The notes below the pieces were generated by a model that saw only the letters and a list, made by a program, of their open reading frames with translations, was not told the DNA's origin and ran no database searches. The position numbers were made by a program, and so were the translations under genes. From contig NC_086097.1 in the NCBI RefSeq assembly GCF_963921235.1, positions 225,248,001-225,312,000 of the forward strand: 64,000 bases of DNA, read 5' to 3'. Every line of letters begins with the position of its first letter. Positions within the stretch are counted from its first letter, which is position 1. Below are positions 24,021 through 36,446 of the stretch, piece after piece. The DNA is from Mobula hypostoma (Eukaryota).

Positions 24021-27000
24021 GCATTGAGGATTGTTAAAAATGAGAAGGAGAATAACAGAAAGAAGAACTAGAATTCCTTCAGCTTGTCTCCACTGACTAT
24101 TAAGTCTGAATAACATTCTCCTCCATGCATAGTCAAAAACTAACCACTGGTCTGTGCACAGGCAGTTCTATGTCCATTTCTGCTGGGTTCTGCTGGAGCT
24201 TGTAGAAGTTATAGTGAATAGTTTAATAGAAACAATCATGCCCTTCTGCAGGGGATCTCATTGTCTAGGGAACAGGGATTGGATATATTTTTCATGTTTC
24301 CTAATGACAGTGAATAATTTATCAGCATTACAGCAAAGTTCGAATGCCTGCATTTGTTTATTGAATAGAATCTGCATTCCCAGACACCAAGCAGATGCCA
24401 GTTCAAAGTAGAAAATATCATCTCTGATGAAGTGGATTACTTAGCAAGTGTCACAGATGACTGTTGTTAGCAACATGCACTCGAAGAAGGTGGTTACTCC
24501 TTGCACCAAGCTTCTCTTGTTTCTCAGAAGTAAACATTACATCAGGTGCAGTAACATTGCCTTTGATTCTAGCTGCGATTGACAGCTTTATTTATTGTCA
24601 TTCCTTTGTTTCAGTTCAGATTTCAAAGCAGAGATTAGTTGGACCAGTTGCCCCATATGCAGGCTATTGAGTAAGTGTTTGGTTCACTGCGCAGCTGACA
24701 GACTGGAGCCAGTGGAATGTCTGACTTCATGCATAAGCTCCACAATATGGACATGGGCCCAAGCTAAGAGTGTTCACTCTGACAGCCAATAGATTTAAAC
24801 GCAATCTATTGTAAAAAGAGCAGGGACAGTAAGTTTAAGCAAAGTTTTTTTTGCAATCTAATTCAAATCTGCTGTGCGGCATGTCCTGCTTCCTGCAACT
24901 ACAGATATTTGTATTTATATAGTGTCTTTACCATGGCAAGGGAACTACCATGGAAATATCTCTCCCGTGACCTTGGGGGACATTCTATTTGTCAACCCTG
25001 CTGCCACCTATTATTGAATAAAATGAAGTGATTGTGCCAGGGAATGGAAGTAGAAGAAGTGAGAGTGAATTTGGTTGACGGAAAGAAGAAGAATATAGGA
25101 ATTCAGGATCAGAATCAGGCTTTTTGCTTTAGTAATTATTAACTTATTGACATTAGTTGTGTGGAAGCAGTGAAGTGCAGGCCTAACAAATTACTATAGA
25201 TTACAATAAAAAGCATGCAGACAGATGTGATTAGTCTAGATTGACATCAAGGTTGGCACAAAATGGAGGTCACAGGGAATCATGGTTTTGTAAATGATAC
25301 TTTCTATGAATAAATTGGTCTGGAAATCTGTCAGGATATGTGAGAAAAGGGCCTTCTGAAGAGGCAATGAGTGTGCAGTAGAAACCTATGCATTCTTCAG
25401 ACCATGATTTATCTAGTGGACAAGAGTAAAATTCTGCTTGGAGTACTTAAAGTATCTTCCCAGCATCAATGCTAAAATTACTGTGGAGAATTTACAGCCT
25501 CCTTGCTGCTCGGTTCCCACAGGACAGCATATAACCAAAGGGTAACTTTTCAGGAAGCGAGGTTTAAGGATGAGAGAAAGGTAGCTGGGTGGTTTAGGAA
25601 AGTGAATTCCTGAACTGAAAGTCAAGGCGACTGAAAGCATGGCCAACTGGGAATGGAAAACCAACTGCTGGGTTCATCAAATGATTCCTAAAAATGAAAA
25701 GGGTTGGATTGTGAAACCACATCACTAGATTAATCTATCTAAAAGATTCAGCTTTCATATAGCAAAAAGCATGCATGAGGCAGCTCTGAAGATTGTTCAC
25801 AGAGCATTGATCTCAGATCTTTGGAATTGTGAATGTCTTTATCATATAACATTTCAAATATTGAATTTGGGTTACATTTTGTGGAACACTGTTATTTTAC
25901 TTGGGAAGCTCGGAAGGACTGTAAATTACTTTCATAAAATCTACTTTTTAAGTATGTAAAGTTACCTGTTTGGATGTGATTTTGGCAGATCATAGTTTCT
26001 TCAGCAATGCAGAGATACATCTTTCTTTTGAAGCTATTTATTGTGTCCGATGAATGAGAAATACATGACTCAGGGGTTATTAATTCACTGGGGCAGTACC
26101 TATTGACAATAGCACTCTGGAGTTAAAAATTATATGATTCTGACTTATTTAATTTATTTAATCCTACAGGATGTATTTCTCACTCAGTTCAAATCACAAT
26201 TATATCGATGATGTGCTTGCAAATATGTAAGCCTCTCCAAAGATGTTTACTAACCGTTGTGCCAAGCATGGGCTTCTGGGTCCATAAGTGATCATGCATC
26301 ATCATGTATGGATGTAAAACTATCTTCATTCTTTATCAAATTGCTCTTGACAAAGTTTTTTGTTCCTCTGTTGTCATAAAATTTGTTTTATATTGTCTTT
26401 TTATTTAATCAGTTTAATTATACAGTATTTTATGATCCATTGTGTCATTCTGCTGAAAGCACAGTGGCAGCAAAGGTCTATTTCTAGTTATGTATTTGAT
26501 ACAGAAAGGCGTCATGCGGCCAAGTAGTATGCGCTGATTTTTTTTGCAAACAGTAATACAATGTTGCTTGCCTTTCACCTCACTGTCAGTTGACTAGATT
26601 TAAAGCAGACTTCTTGTCACTGGATGTCTGTTCCTGTGTAGTTTCCTCCACAGAGGACCTATGTGGCTATGAGAGGAATAATTTGGCTACTCAGCCAATC
26701 AGACCAAAGCGTCATCATTGACCCATGCAGAGAGCCAAAGCCAGAATAGGTCTTTTGGAATTAAGTGGTTCACAGAAAGCAAACTGAGTTAAGGAAATTT
26801 AATGTACTGAGAGGGCCAGGTGGAAGAATTAAGGGAAAAATATTTTAAATGCTGGGCTGAACGTATTGGCAAAATCAACAGACTACTGTTGAAATACCAG
26901 CATTTCCATCTGTAAGCAATAGGAAATTGTGGACTGGCAGGGGATTACTGAATTCTCTTTGCTGGGCTCACATTGACAACACTGACAGCCTCATGGAGAC

Positions 27001-27092
27001 CAATGCAGAAGTGTGAATGGGGATGTAGAAAGACGGCTATGGAGATCAAAAGTGAGTGTTAATTAATTTAAGCAACTTTTAATTGACTCGGT

Positions 27093-27608
27093 CAGTCAGT
27101 CAGTGGGTGCTGTCCCAAATCCGGGGTTGGCGGCTATTCACCTCCATCTTCTTCGATCTTGTGACAACACCGAGTACAGCCTCTCCGCCAGTTTGTTCCC
27201 GCCGTCCGCCTTGGCACCGCCCACCGCCGTCCCTGCCGAACTCGAGCCCGAGGCCATGTCATCCTCCAGCCGCAGCCGTTTCTTCAAGCACGGCCCTTCC
27301 TTAGGCGGAGGCCTAGGGCAGGTCCAGGCGCATGGTGCAGCACCCAAGTCCATCATGTCTCTTCTAACTAAGTGCAAAGCATACGATTCGTAGATACGTG
27401 GTGAGGCTTTAATCTCTTCCACGGAAGATGGCCGTTGGCTCACAAGGAGCTCATCCGCTTTTTGTCAGGTCTTGTTTTTTTTCAGTCCTGCTGGGTGTCC
27501 TCACACCTCCTCACCAGACTAAGTCCGGTGGGGGAGCCGGCCCAAGTCGTCGACCACTCGACCACGGCCCCCAGCCGAGCGCCAGGCACTCGCCCCCCCC
27601 ACCGAATA
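27093..27608 (-). mobile_element. CpG-rich, 5'-truncated RTE-like LINE end with (ACTG)n tail
   Basis: Flanking direct repeat AATTGACT(C/G)GGT at 27081-27092 and 27609-27620. The ORF ends YALHLVRRD...KKRLRLEDD...SQDRRRWR*IAANPGFGTAP, followed by ACTGACTGACTG. Confidence 0.6.
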
Positions 27609-27666
27609 AATTGACTGGGTTTATTTAAATATTTCTAATTGCTGCAAAGGTAGGCCTGCACTTGAA

Positions 27667-28010
27667 GATCAAGTTCAAGTTAATTATCATTCAACAGTAT
27701 ACATATATACCACCAAACGAAACAACGTTCCTCCAGGCCAAGGTGCACAACACAGTATATATAACTCACACACAACACATATGGTAATATTACCATAAAT
27801 AAATTAAAGGTGCATTTGTGACATAGTGAAAAAGTAATCACTACCAGCACTCCATATGTGATGCGATGTGGGTGGTGACAGGGAGTTCAGTAGTCTCACA
27901 GCGTGGGGTAAAGAAGCTGTTTCCAATCCGAGCAGTCCTGTTCGTGATGTTATTGGTACCTCCTGATGATAGAGGATCAAAAAGATTATTGGACAGATGG
28001 GAGGAATCAT
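27667..28010 (-). mobile_element. Rex1/Babar 3' end
   Basis: LFDPLSSG...RTARIGNSFF...AVRLLN and a TTGAAC tail. Confidence 0.8.
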
Positions 28011-28407
28011 TGGCAATGCCAATCACATCATTCAGTGGAGAAGTAGAGAGACATATTTTCCAGTTCCTAAGATTCTTCAAAGGAACAAGATTGCACATAA
28101 AATTTAAAAAGTATACTTTACAGACTACAGATGTTGCTTGGCAGCAATTTTCATCTATCACATCATGAATAATACATTAATTCTTAAATGCTTTAGTACT
28201 ACCTACTTCAGCAGTGTGAACCCAATGGGTGAGAACAGCAAATTTGCCGCAATATCCAACAAAATAAATGTCCTGTGGTAGAGCAGGACATCTCCAACAT
28301 CAGATAAAGGAGGCAGACCAAACAAAAATGAAAATCAGGGCATGATGTATGGAAGATAACAATTGTTACTTTTGGATGGAAGTCATAATATGAATGGTCC
28401 AAAGACC

Positions 28408-28940
28408 TTTACTTTACTTTATACTTTATTGTCGCCAAACAATTGATACTAGAACGTATAATCACCATAGCGATATTTGATTCTGCTCTTCGACCTCCCT
28501 GGAGTACAAATTGATAGTAAATATTAAAATTTTAAATTATAAATCATAAATAGAAAATAGAAAAGGGAAAGTAAGGTAGTGCAAATAAAAACCAAGAGAA
28601 AGGTCCGGATATTTGGAGGGTACGGCCCAGATCCGGGTCAGTATCCGTTCAGCAGTCTTATCACAGTTGGAAAGAAGCTGTTCCCAAATCTGGCCGTACG
28701 AGTCTTCAAGCTCCTGAGCCTTCTCCCGGAGGGAAGAGGGATGAAAAGTGTGTTGGCTGTGTGGGTCGTGTCCTTGATTATCCTGGCAACAATGCTCCGA
28801 CAGCATGCAGTGTAAAGTGAGTCCAAGGACCGGAAGATTGGTTTGTGTGATGTGCTGGGCTGTGTTCACAATCTTCTGCAGCTTCTTTCTGTCTTGGACA
28901 GGACAACTTCCGTACCAGGTTGTGATGCACCCTAGAATGC
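28408..28940 (-). mobile_element. Rex1/Babar 3' end
   Basis: SILGCITTWYGSCPVQDRKKLQKIV; LPSGRRLRSLKTRTARFGNSFFPTVIRLLN; (GTAAA)n tail. Confidence 0.9.
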
Positions 28941-29699
28941 TTTGACTCATCGGTCTGAAATGTAATTTGCTCTGTAATCTTTGTGGAACCAAGATGAGCA
29001 GTGATGGTCTCAAAGGTTCCATAGATTCAGTCAAGGTCACTCTGTTGTAGCTTGAGCTCCTCTCTCGCCCACAAAAATCCGGACCCTTCTCCTTACAGTC
29101 AGGGATCAAAGAGTCTGTTCATGGAATAGGATGGTATCATGAAGAAAACTGAAGTCAAACACAATAATTAAAATTTCAAATGTCACGTACGCGTGAATTT
29201 TTCTAACTGTGCGCAATACCAAAAATAGAATGAAACACCAAAGGCACTGAGAACTGGTAACACATGTACATCTTGTTATTCCACTTTGTAACGATGGTAC
29301 TTCATGTGTTAAAAATATCGTATATCTTCTACTGAATTCAACTGAAATAAAGTGTGATTATAATAATTACAGATATAGCCTCTCTACAAGTCTTTGATCT
29401 TCTCACAGGAACTTGCCTTGTGACAATGTATACATTTCTTGACTTGAAGAAGGTGTGAATTCTTTGACTGACTTCAATATAATCTTGTGTTGTTTTCTCA
29501 CACTCTCTGGTGGATAATCTTCTGGAATACCCGAATGGTTACATATCTCTGATTTCTCTTGTAGAAATCTCCCAGGAGATAAGTGATTCATGATGCACTT
29601 CTAATTCCTTTTCCCACAAGGACTGAATATTCCAGCTATTACTCCAGCATCTCAATTCTGTCAGATTTGCGAGTAGGTGTTAATACACAAACTTTTATC

Positions 29700-30500
29700 A
29701 CATACTTAAAGTATTTCACTCCATGGCTTGATTGATAATTTTGTTTCTGTTTCAACTAGGCTTAGCCTTGTTCTGAGTGTACTTGATTACTAGCTCAGCA
29801 GCAGTATACAGTATCCTGCTGGCAGAATGGCTTTGCTCTGTACTTTAGTAACGAGCATGTCAGTTGATGATACATTGTTAAACTCAAGCATGCATGTTTT
29901 TTGACAATTCTCACTGACCACTCCATTGTCTCATTTGACAACAGATTATATGGCAAAACAAGCGTGTGCTTAATTTTAATTTGTAAAGTTCTCATATTCA
30001 GTAGAAATGAATGTAACTGAGGACCATTATCCGAGCCTAACTCTTCCGTTTACTCTTAACATGAGAGCATGTTTCTCATAAAGACAAGAGTTTATGCAGA
30101 TGCTGGAAATCCAAACTAGCACACACAAAATAGTCAGGCAGCATCTATGAACAGGTATAAACAGCCAATGCTTCAGGCTGAGACCCTTCATCAGGACACA
30201 GCATGTATCTCAGTTCCTCAGTTGTATGTAATGTTGTGATGCAGGACTCAGTATGATCCACTTCGAACAATTTTGAAAGGCTGTCTATGAATTCTAACAT
30301 ATTATCGATCTATTCATCACAAAAGTCAAATATATCTTTTGAAGAGTCGTGTTGGGCTTTTCTAACTCTGGACGGTTTCATTACTAGCTTCACAATTCTA
30401 TTCTTTCACAATCGCTTTCACTTATTCTTTGACTGGACACATTAATTTGCATCTACTTTTAGCCCGAGATTAAGTACCAATGTACACTTGCTTCCTTTGA
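29700..30500 (-). mobile_element. Highly decayed Ty3/Gypsy integrase remnant
   Basis: One frame, 30050-29830: EELGSDNGPQLHSF...IKHTLVLPYNLLSNETMEWSVRIVKK...LLKYRAKP. This corresponds to the SDNGPQF / PYHPSSNG.AER / LL.YR.TP motifs. Confidence 0.7.
30079..30199 (-). mobile_element. Solo Penelope pLTR-derived insert
   Basis: Starts GTGTCCTGATGAAGGGTCTCAGCCTGAAG. TSD AGCATGT(T/A)TCTCA at 30066-30078 and 30200-30212. Confidence 0.85.
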
Positions 30501-30584
30501 GCTCTATATTGTATCCAGTCTCAAGGGCTCAATAGCTCCCCAAACATTTTTAATAACTGAAGATTATCCTCTTTTGAAGAAAGA

Positions 30585-30835
30585 GAAGGAGGAGTTCGTT
30601 TCACCAGAGGGTGATGAATCTGTGGAATTCATTGCCACAGACAACTGTGGAAGCCAAGTCATTGGGTATATTTATAGCAGAGGTTGATAGGTTCTTGATT
30701 AGTAAGGGCTTCAAAGGTTATGGGTAGAATGCAGAAGAATGGGGTTGAAGAGATAATAAATTGGCCATTATAGAATGGAAAAGTGGGCTTGATGGGCTGA
30801 TTGGCCTAATTCTGCTCCTATGGTCTTATGGTCTT
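30585..30835 (+). mobile_element. CR1 3' end
   Basis: QRVMNLWNSLPQ; TATGGTCTTATGGTCT tail. Confidence 0.85.
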
Positions 30836-32174
30836 TGATACTTGCTACTAATTCGACATCCTTGATTGTGCATACTATGTTTTTGTCTAGGGTGATTTGA
30901 AAGATCATACCTGATGGTTTCATCAGGAATTACTGTACGTGTATAAATACAAAACCTTATGTACATTCATTATCAAGTATGTCTGATTCTCTTTATCCAC
31001 ATTCATCTGAGTATAAGCAGATGACAGATTTAATTTGGTTCAAGTTCAAGTTTATTTGTCATCTTATATGAAAACGTACTGTGAACAGGAACGGTGTGAT
31101 TTGTGTTAACAAACAACACACCCGAGTGTGTGCTGGGAGCAGCCCACGAGCCCGCAATTGTTACCACACATCCCAGCACCAGCATAGCATACCCACAGTG
31201 CTCATCAGCAAGAAAACATCAGCAAAAACAAGCCCTGGTCCTGCCTCCCCAACCCCACCACATATATAGTACTTTAACACCAGGTCAGACATCCAGTCTC
31301 CTCCAGTGACCTCCTTGTGGACCTGCAGAGATTCGCAGGTTCAGTTCCAGTCAACAGGCCTTAACAGAGTCGGCAGGTAACACGATTGTCTCCTGCTGAC
31401 TCTGCCTTTCAATCCTGCAGCTAAGGCTTTGAGCATTTTTGTCATTAGCTGCTTGGTTCAGTGTTATCTTACCCTCCTCTTCCAATGCTGGCGTTCAAGC
31501 CAAAAACCAATAATGTCAAAGCAAAATACATAAAGTTTCCATCTTGTCGTAGTCTACTTAGTTTAAAGGCCATAACCTCTGACTCATTAATCTAATGCAG
31601 CATTCTCCTCAATGTAATTCCCCTTGCTATTGGAGCAATCAGGAAATCTCTTAATGAGCAACCACATGTCTGAGGTACCCACTGGCTGTACTGTATCAGA
31701 CAGCTTCAGTTGTCACAAAATATGCACTGGCAATGTCAAAACCCAAGAGCTGAGGAAAGACAGGTACTAATTTGGAAATGGTGACCAAAGTTTATTCAAA
31801 CAAATTCCAAAAGAGCATCGGCAGGTCAGCTGAGCAACACCATGAGATGTACATTCTCAAAACTAGGACCCCATCATTATCCCTAATCAGGCATCCACTT
31901 AAATAATACAAGTAACAAGGAATTCCTGAGCCTATCAGAATAAACTTAGGAAGCTGAAAAAGAAAGCACCAGGAGACCACACTACAAAGAGTGAGTCATT
32001 CAATAAAAAAACACCAGGAACTCTAAATGATTGACCACTCTCATTAAACAACAATTAACCAATTCAGGTGCTCTAAAAACCTCAGAGCACTTCACTCTCT
32101 GGCTCCCCACACAGGCCAGAAGAGCTCATTACATCAGTTAACTCTGCAAGAATTGTGCTAATTCTTCTCCTGAC

Positions 32175-32400
32175 AGCTCGTGTTATTCAGTGGATCCACT
32201 GGTCGAGCTGCTACCTCAAAGCTTCAACAATCCTGGTCCAGTCCTGATCTCTGATCTCTGGTGTCCTGTGCAGAGATGGCACCTTCTCCTTGTGACCATG
32301 TTCACTTCCACAAAGGCCTCTGGTTTCCTCCCACGCCCTAGGTTTGGGATGTCAACTGACCTCTATGAATTGCCCATAGTGTGTAGTTGATGGGAATATG
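32175..32400 (+). mobile_element. Degenerate V-domain tRNA SINE (HE1-like)
   Basis: TTCTCCTTGTGACC...CTCTGGTTTCCTCCCAC...GAATTGCCCATAGTGTGTAG. Confidence 0.6.
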
Positions 32401-32417
32401 GGCAGAATAAAGTGATA

Positions 32418-32552
32418 AACCCAAGAAAATCTGAAGATGCTGGAAATCCAAGCAACACACACAAAATGCTGGAGGAATTCAGCAGGCCAGGCAGCATCTC
32501 TGGAAATGAGTAAACAGTCGCCGCTTTGGGCCGAGATTGTTCATCAGGATCA
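32418..32552 (-). mobile_element. Solo Penelope pLTR-derived insert
   Basis: GATGCTGGAAATCCAAGCAACACACACAAAATGCTGGAGGAA... with a degenerate hammerhead at 32516-32550. Confidence 0.8.
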
Positions 32553-32697
32553 GAATCAGGAGAATAAAATGAGATCAGTTTAAATGGCGTCTTGATGATA
32601 ACCACAGAATCACGATGCTGAAGGACTTATTTCCGTCCTTTCTCATCTTCTTCACATGAGGTTTACTCATTGCATGCCTGTCAGCAACTTCCATGTG

Positions 32698-33238
32698 TCC
32701 ATCACGGCCCAGTCCATCGTGGGTAAAGCCCTCCCCACTATTCAGCACATCTACATGGAGCACTGTCGTAGGAAAGTAGCATTGATTATCAAGGACCCCC
32801 ACCACCCAGGCCATGCCCTCTTCTCACTGCTGCCATCAGAAAGCAGGCAGAGTAGCCGAGGACTCGTATGACTAGGTGCAGGAACGGTTGCTACCTCGTA
32901 ACTATCATGCTCTTGAACCAAAGGGAATAACTTCGCTCAACTTCACTTGTTCCATCATTGAAATGTTCCCACAACCTATGGACTCACTTTCATGGATATT
33001 GATTGCTTATTTACTTATTATTACTATTATTTCTTTCTTTGTGTTTGCACAGTTTGTTGTCTTCTGCATGCTGGTTGAATGCCAAAGTTGGTGTGATCTT
33101 TCATTGGTTCTATTATTGTTAATTTTCTATTATTGATTTGTTGAGTACGTCCATAAGAAAACAAATCTCCGGGTTGTTTATGATAACCTACGTACATTTT
33201 TATAATAAATTTAGTTTGAACTTTTGAACTTTGAACTT
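32698..33238 (+). mobile_element. Rex1/Babar 3' end
   Basis: TAQSIVGKALPTIQHIYMEHCRRKVALIIKDPHHPGHALFSLLPS; AATAAA and (TTGAACT)n tail. Confidence 0.85.
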
Positions 33239-35021
33239 GTGTGGATTCTTACTCTCACTGTGTGTCGAATCAGATAGATAGACTCATGCTGAACAGCTGA
33301 AGCAAGTGCATCTTGCTCATTCCACTCTTTCCAAATGCACTACTTGCATGTGCAGCAGTCATACATAAACAACACTAATTCCAGGGCTCAGGACCAGTAC
33401 AATCTGGCAAGAGCGATCTGCTAAACGTCTGGGTCTTTATTTATATCCTACCATGGTTTGAGTTTAAAACGTAGAATGTAGAACAGTACAACAGAGAAAG
33501 AGGCCCTTTGGCCCATCATGTTTCTTCCGATTACAGTTCCAATCCCACAAGTCCCATCTGGCTGCATATGGTCAGCATCCTCTATTCCCTGCCTGTTCAC
33601 ATATCTGCCTGAGAACCTCCTAAACATTTTCATTGCATCTGATTCTACCATCTCCATTGGCAGCACATTCCAGGCACCTCTATGTAAATAAACATGTCTT
33701 GCAGATCTCCTTCATTCTTTCCTCCCCTCACTTTAAAACTTCATCCTCTTGTATTTAACATTTACACCCTTGGAAAAGGAATTGGAAATAGATTCGGTTT
33801 ACTATTGTCACATATACCAAGATATAGTGAAACGCTTGTCTTTCATACTGTTCATACAAATCAGATCATTGCACAGCTCTCTGAGGTAGAATAAACATAG
33901 AAACATAGAAAACCTACAGCACAATACAGGCCCTTCGGCCCACAAAGCTGTGCCAAACACGTCCTTACCTTAGAAATTACCTTGTGTTACCTATAGCCCT
34001 CTATATTTCTGAGCTCCATATGCCTGTCCAGGAGTCTCTTAAAAGACCCTGTAGTATCCACCACCACCACCGTCGCTGGCAGCCCATTCCATGCACTAAA
34101 ACTTACCCCTGACATCTCCTCTGCAGCTACTTCCAAGCACCTTAAAACTGTGCCCTCTTGTGTTAGCCATTTCAGCCCTGGGGAAAAGCTTCTGACTATC
34201 CACATGATCAATGCCTCTCATTATCTTATACACCTCTATCAAGTCACCTCTCATTCTCCGTCACTCCAAGGAGAAAAGGCAGAGTTCACTCAACCTATTC
34301 TCTTAAGGCATGCTCCCCAATCCAGGTGACATCCTTGTAAATCTCCTCTGCACCTGTTCTATGGTTTCCACATCCTTCCTGTAGTGAGGCGATCAGAATT
34401 GAGCACAGTACTCCAAGTGGGGTCTGACTGGGGTCCTATATAGCTGTAACATTACCTCTTGGCTCCTAATCTCATGATTGATGAAGGCCAATACACTGTA
34501 TGCTTTCTTAACCACCAAGTCAACCTGCGCAGCAGCTTTGAGTGTCCTATGGACTCGGACCTCAAGATCCCTCTGATCCTCCACACTGCCAAGAGTCTTA
34601 CCATTTATATACTACTAAAATTCTCATGCTCTGTTTGTCTGTTTGTGACCTCCAATTAGCCCAAATGGTGCATTGCAGTGGCACTTTTTTTGACTAAATC
34701 GACTTAAAATGCGCTAATTTACAGAATGCATGCAAAGTTCAGGGTTATATATTCATATAAAATTGCTTACTCATCAATCAACAGGCCCGCTTTCCACAAC
34801 CCAAGCCAATTCCAGCTTTAATGGAAACCGCGATGCGACACCACGACCCATGCGCATGGCTAGCCTCAGCAGCGCCTCACGATGCTCACAGCAGCAACAC
34901 CAACTGCAGCAAAAGGGCAGGGTTATCACGTCCATTTAGGAGAGCACCAACCACATCATCAAGAAAACTCAGCATCCTGGAGGCTTTGGTGTTACTGCTT
35001 CGTATCTTCTATCAAGCGTTA

Positions 35022-35710
35022 TAGAGATGGAGGAGGAGAAGATGGTGGCGTGACGCAGCTTGCGCGGCCACTCCGGTGAATGATATCTGTAATCTGTCAA
35101 GTAGGGTGCTGTGCACAATCCTGATTTGATGGAGACAGACGTGAGAGAACGGAGGAACATCTGGAGAAACTTCTGAAATGCCTTTTTTGCTGCCGCTGTT
35201 ACTGTGTGATCCAGAAGCTCCAGAGGGGAAGGCCCCGAATCCTTGGCTTTGCTTGTTGCTCAGTGGCCGGGATAGGGTCGAAGTGCTTGGCACAGATGGT
35301 GCTTGGGGCTCAGTGTCGAAGGGCTGGTCGGAGGCTCTAAGTTTTTGGACAGACTCAGAGTTGGCTGGGGTCGGGTGCTTCCAATGCATCAACAGTTGTC
35401 AGTGCCTGGAGGTTTATGGCAGAGAGAGTTTCTCCCTTCTGCCGCCTGCCATCGGGGACTATCGGGAGTCGATCAGAACTTTTTGAGACTTTTTTTTAAC
35501 ATTCCCATGGTCTGCTCTTTATCAAATTATGGTATTGCTTCGCACTGCTGTAACTATATGTTATAATTATGTGGTCTTGTCAGTGTTAGTCTTTGGTTTG
35601 TCCTGTTTTTTTGTGATATCACTCTGGAGGAACATTATATCATTTCTTAATGCATGCATGCATGCATTTCTAAATGACAATAAACGAGGACTGAGTGTCC
35701 TCATAATCTA
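35022..35710 (+). mobile_element. CpG-rich non-autonomous retroposon nested in the Helitron
   Basis: Starts GGAGGAGAAGATGGTGGCG and ends ATGACAATAAACGAGGACTGAGTGTCCTCATAATCTA. Possible TSD AAGC(G/A)TTA at 35014-35021 and 35711-35718. Confidence 0.65.
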
Positions 35711-35745
35711 AAGCATTAGGGTAAGAAAATATGGACAGCCTAATT

Positions 35746-36446
35746 ATGCCGCGTGGAAAGAGAAGGGGGACGTTATGGTCAAGAGATGATGTCAAACATC
35801 GTCGGGAAGCGGCAAGGAGAGGGAGAGAACAAGAATCGGATCAGGCCAGGTCCACACGACTCCAGGATCAAAGAGTCAGGACAAAAAATGATGAGAGAAG
35901 AAGAGACAGAGGAGGAGAGGCAAACATGTCTCCAAAATGTCAACAATGGACACAGAAGGAGGGGAGAACAAGAATCGGATCAGGGCAGAGCTGCACGACT
36001 CCAGGATCAGAGAGAAAAAACAAATGGTAGAAGAGATGAAGAGATGAAGGATGAAAGGGTTGCGTGTCTCCAGAATGACAACAACTGCCAATGAAGTTGC
36101 TGTCATTATAATGAACAGTGCCGAACCTGAAGCAGGATCACGGCATCCCATCATTTCAATGAGGAACTTGGATCCACCAAGGCTTTGCAATGGAACACGA
36201 ATGATGGTGGAAGAAATGCACGACAATCTTATCATAGCAAAGTTAAACATTGGTGCGTTCAAAAATGACATTGTCATGATCCCAAGAATTACTCTCAGTT
36301 TATCAAAAGGGGAAGATGTCCCACTTCAGCAGAACCGGTTCCTGATGCAGTCATGTTTTGCTATGACTATATATAAGGTGCAAGGCCAAACCAGTATTCC
36401 AGCATGGTCAGCTGTATGTGGCTTTAAGCTGGGGAAAAAGAAATGA
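35746..36446 (+). pseudogene. Helitron Rep/Hel remnants: N-terminal E/R-rich repeats fused to the Pif1-family helicase C-terminus
   Basis: MPRGKRR...REQESDQARSTRLQDQR and ESDQGRAARLQDQR repeats; IISMRNLDPPRLCNGTRMMV...VMIPRITL...CFAMTIYKVQGQT. Confidence 0.88.

Noticed and set aside
27465..27490. TGAAAAAAAACAA resembling a rhabdovirus gene junction
   Set aside because: An isolated short motif; the TSD, tail and ORF end fit a LINE better.
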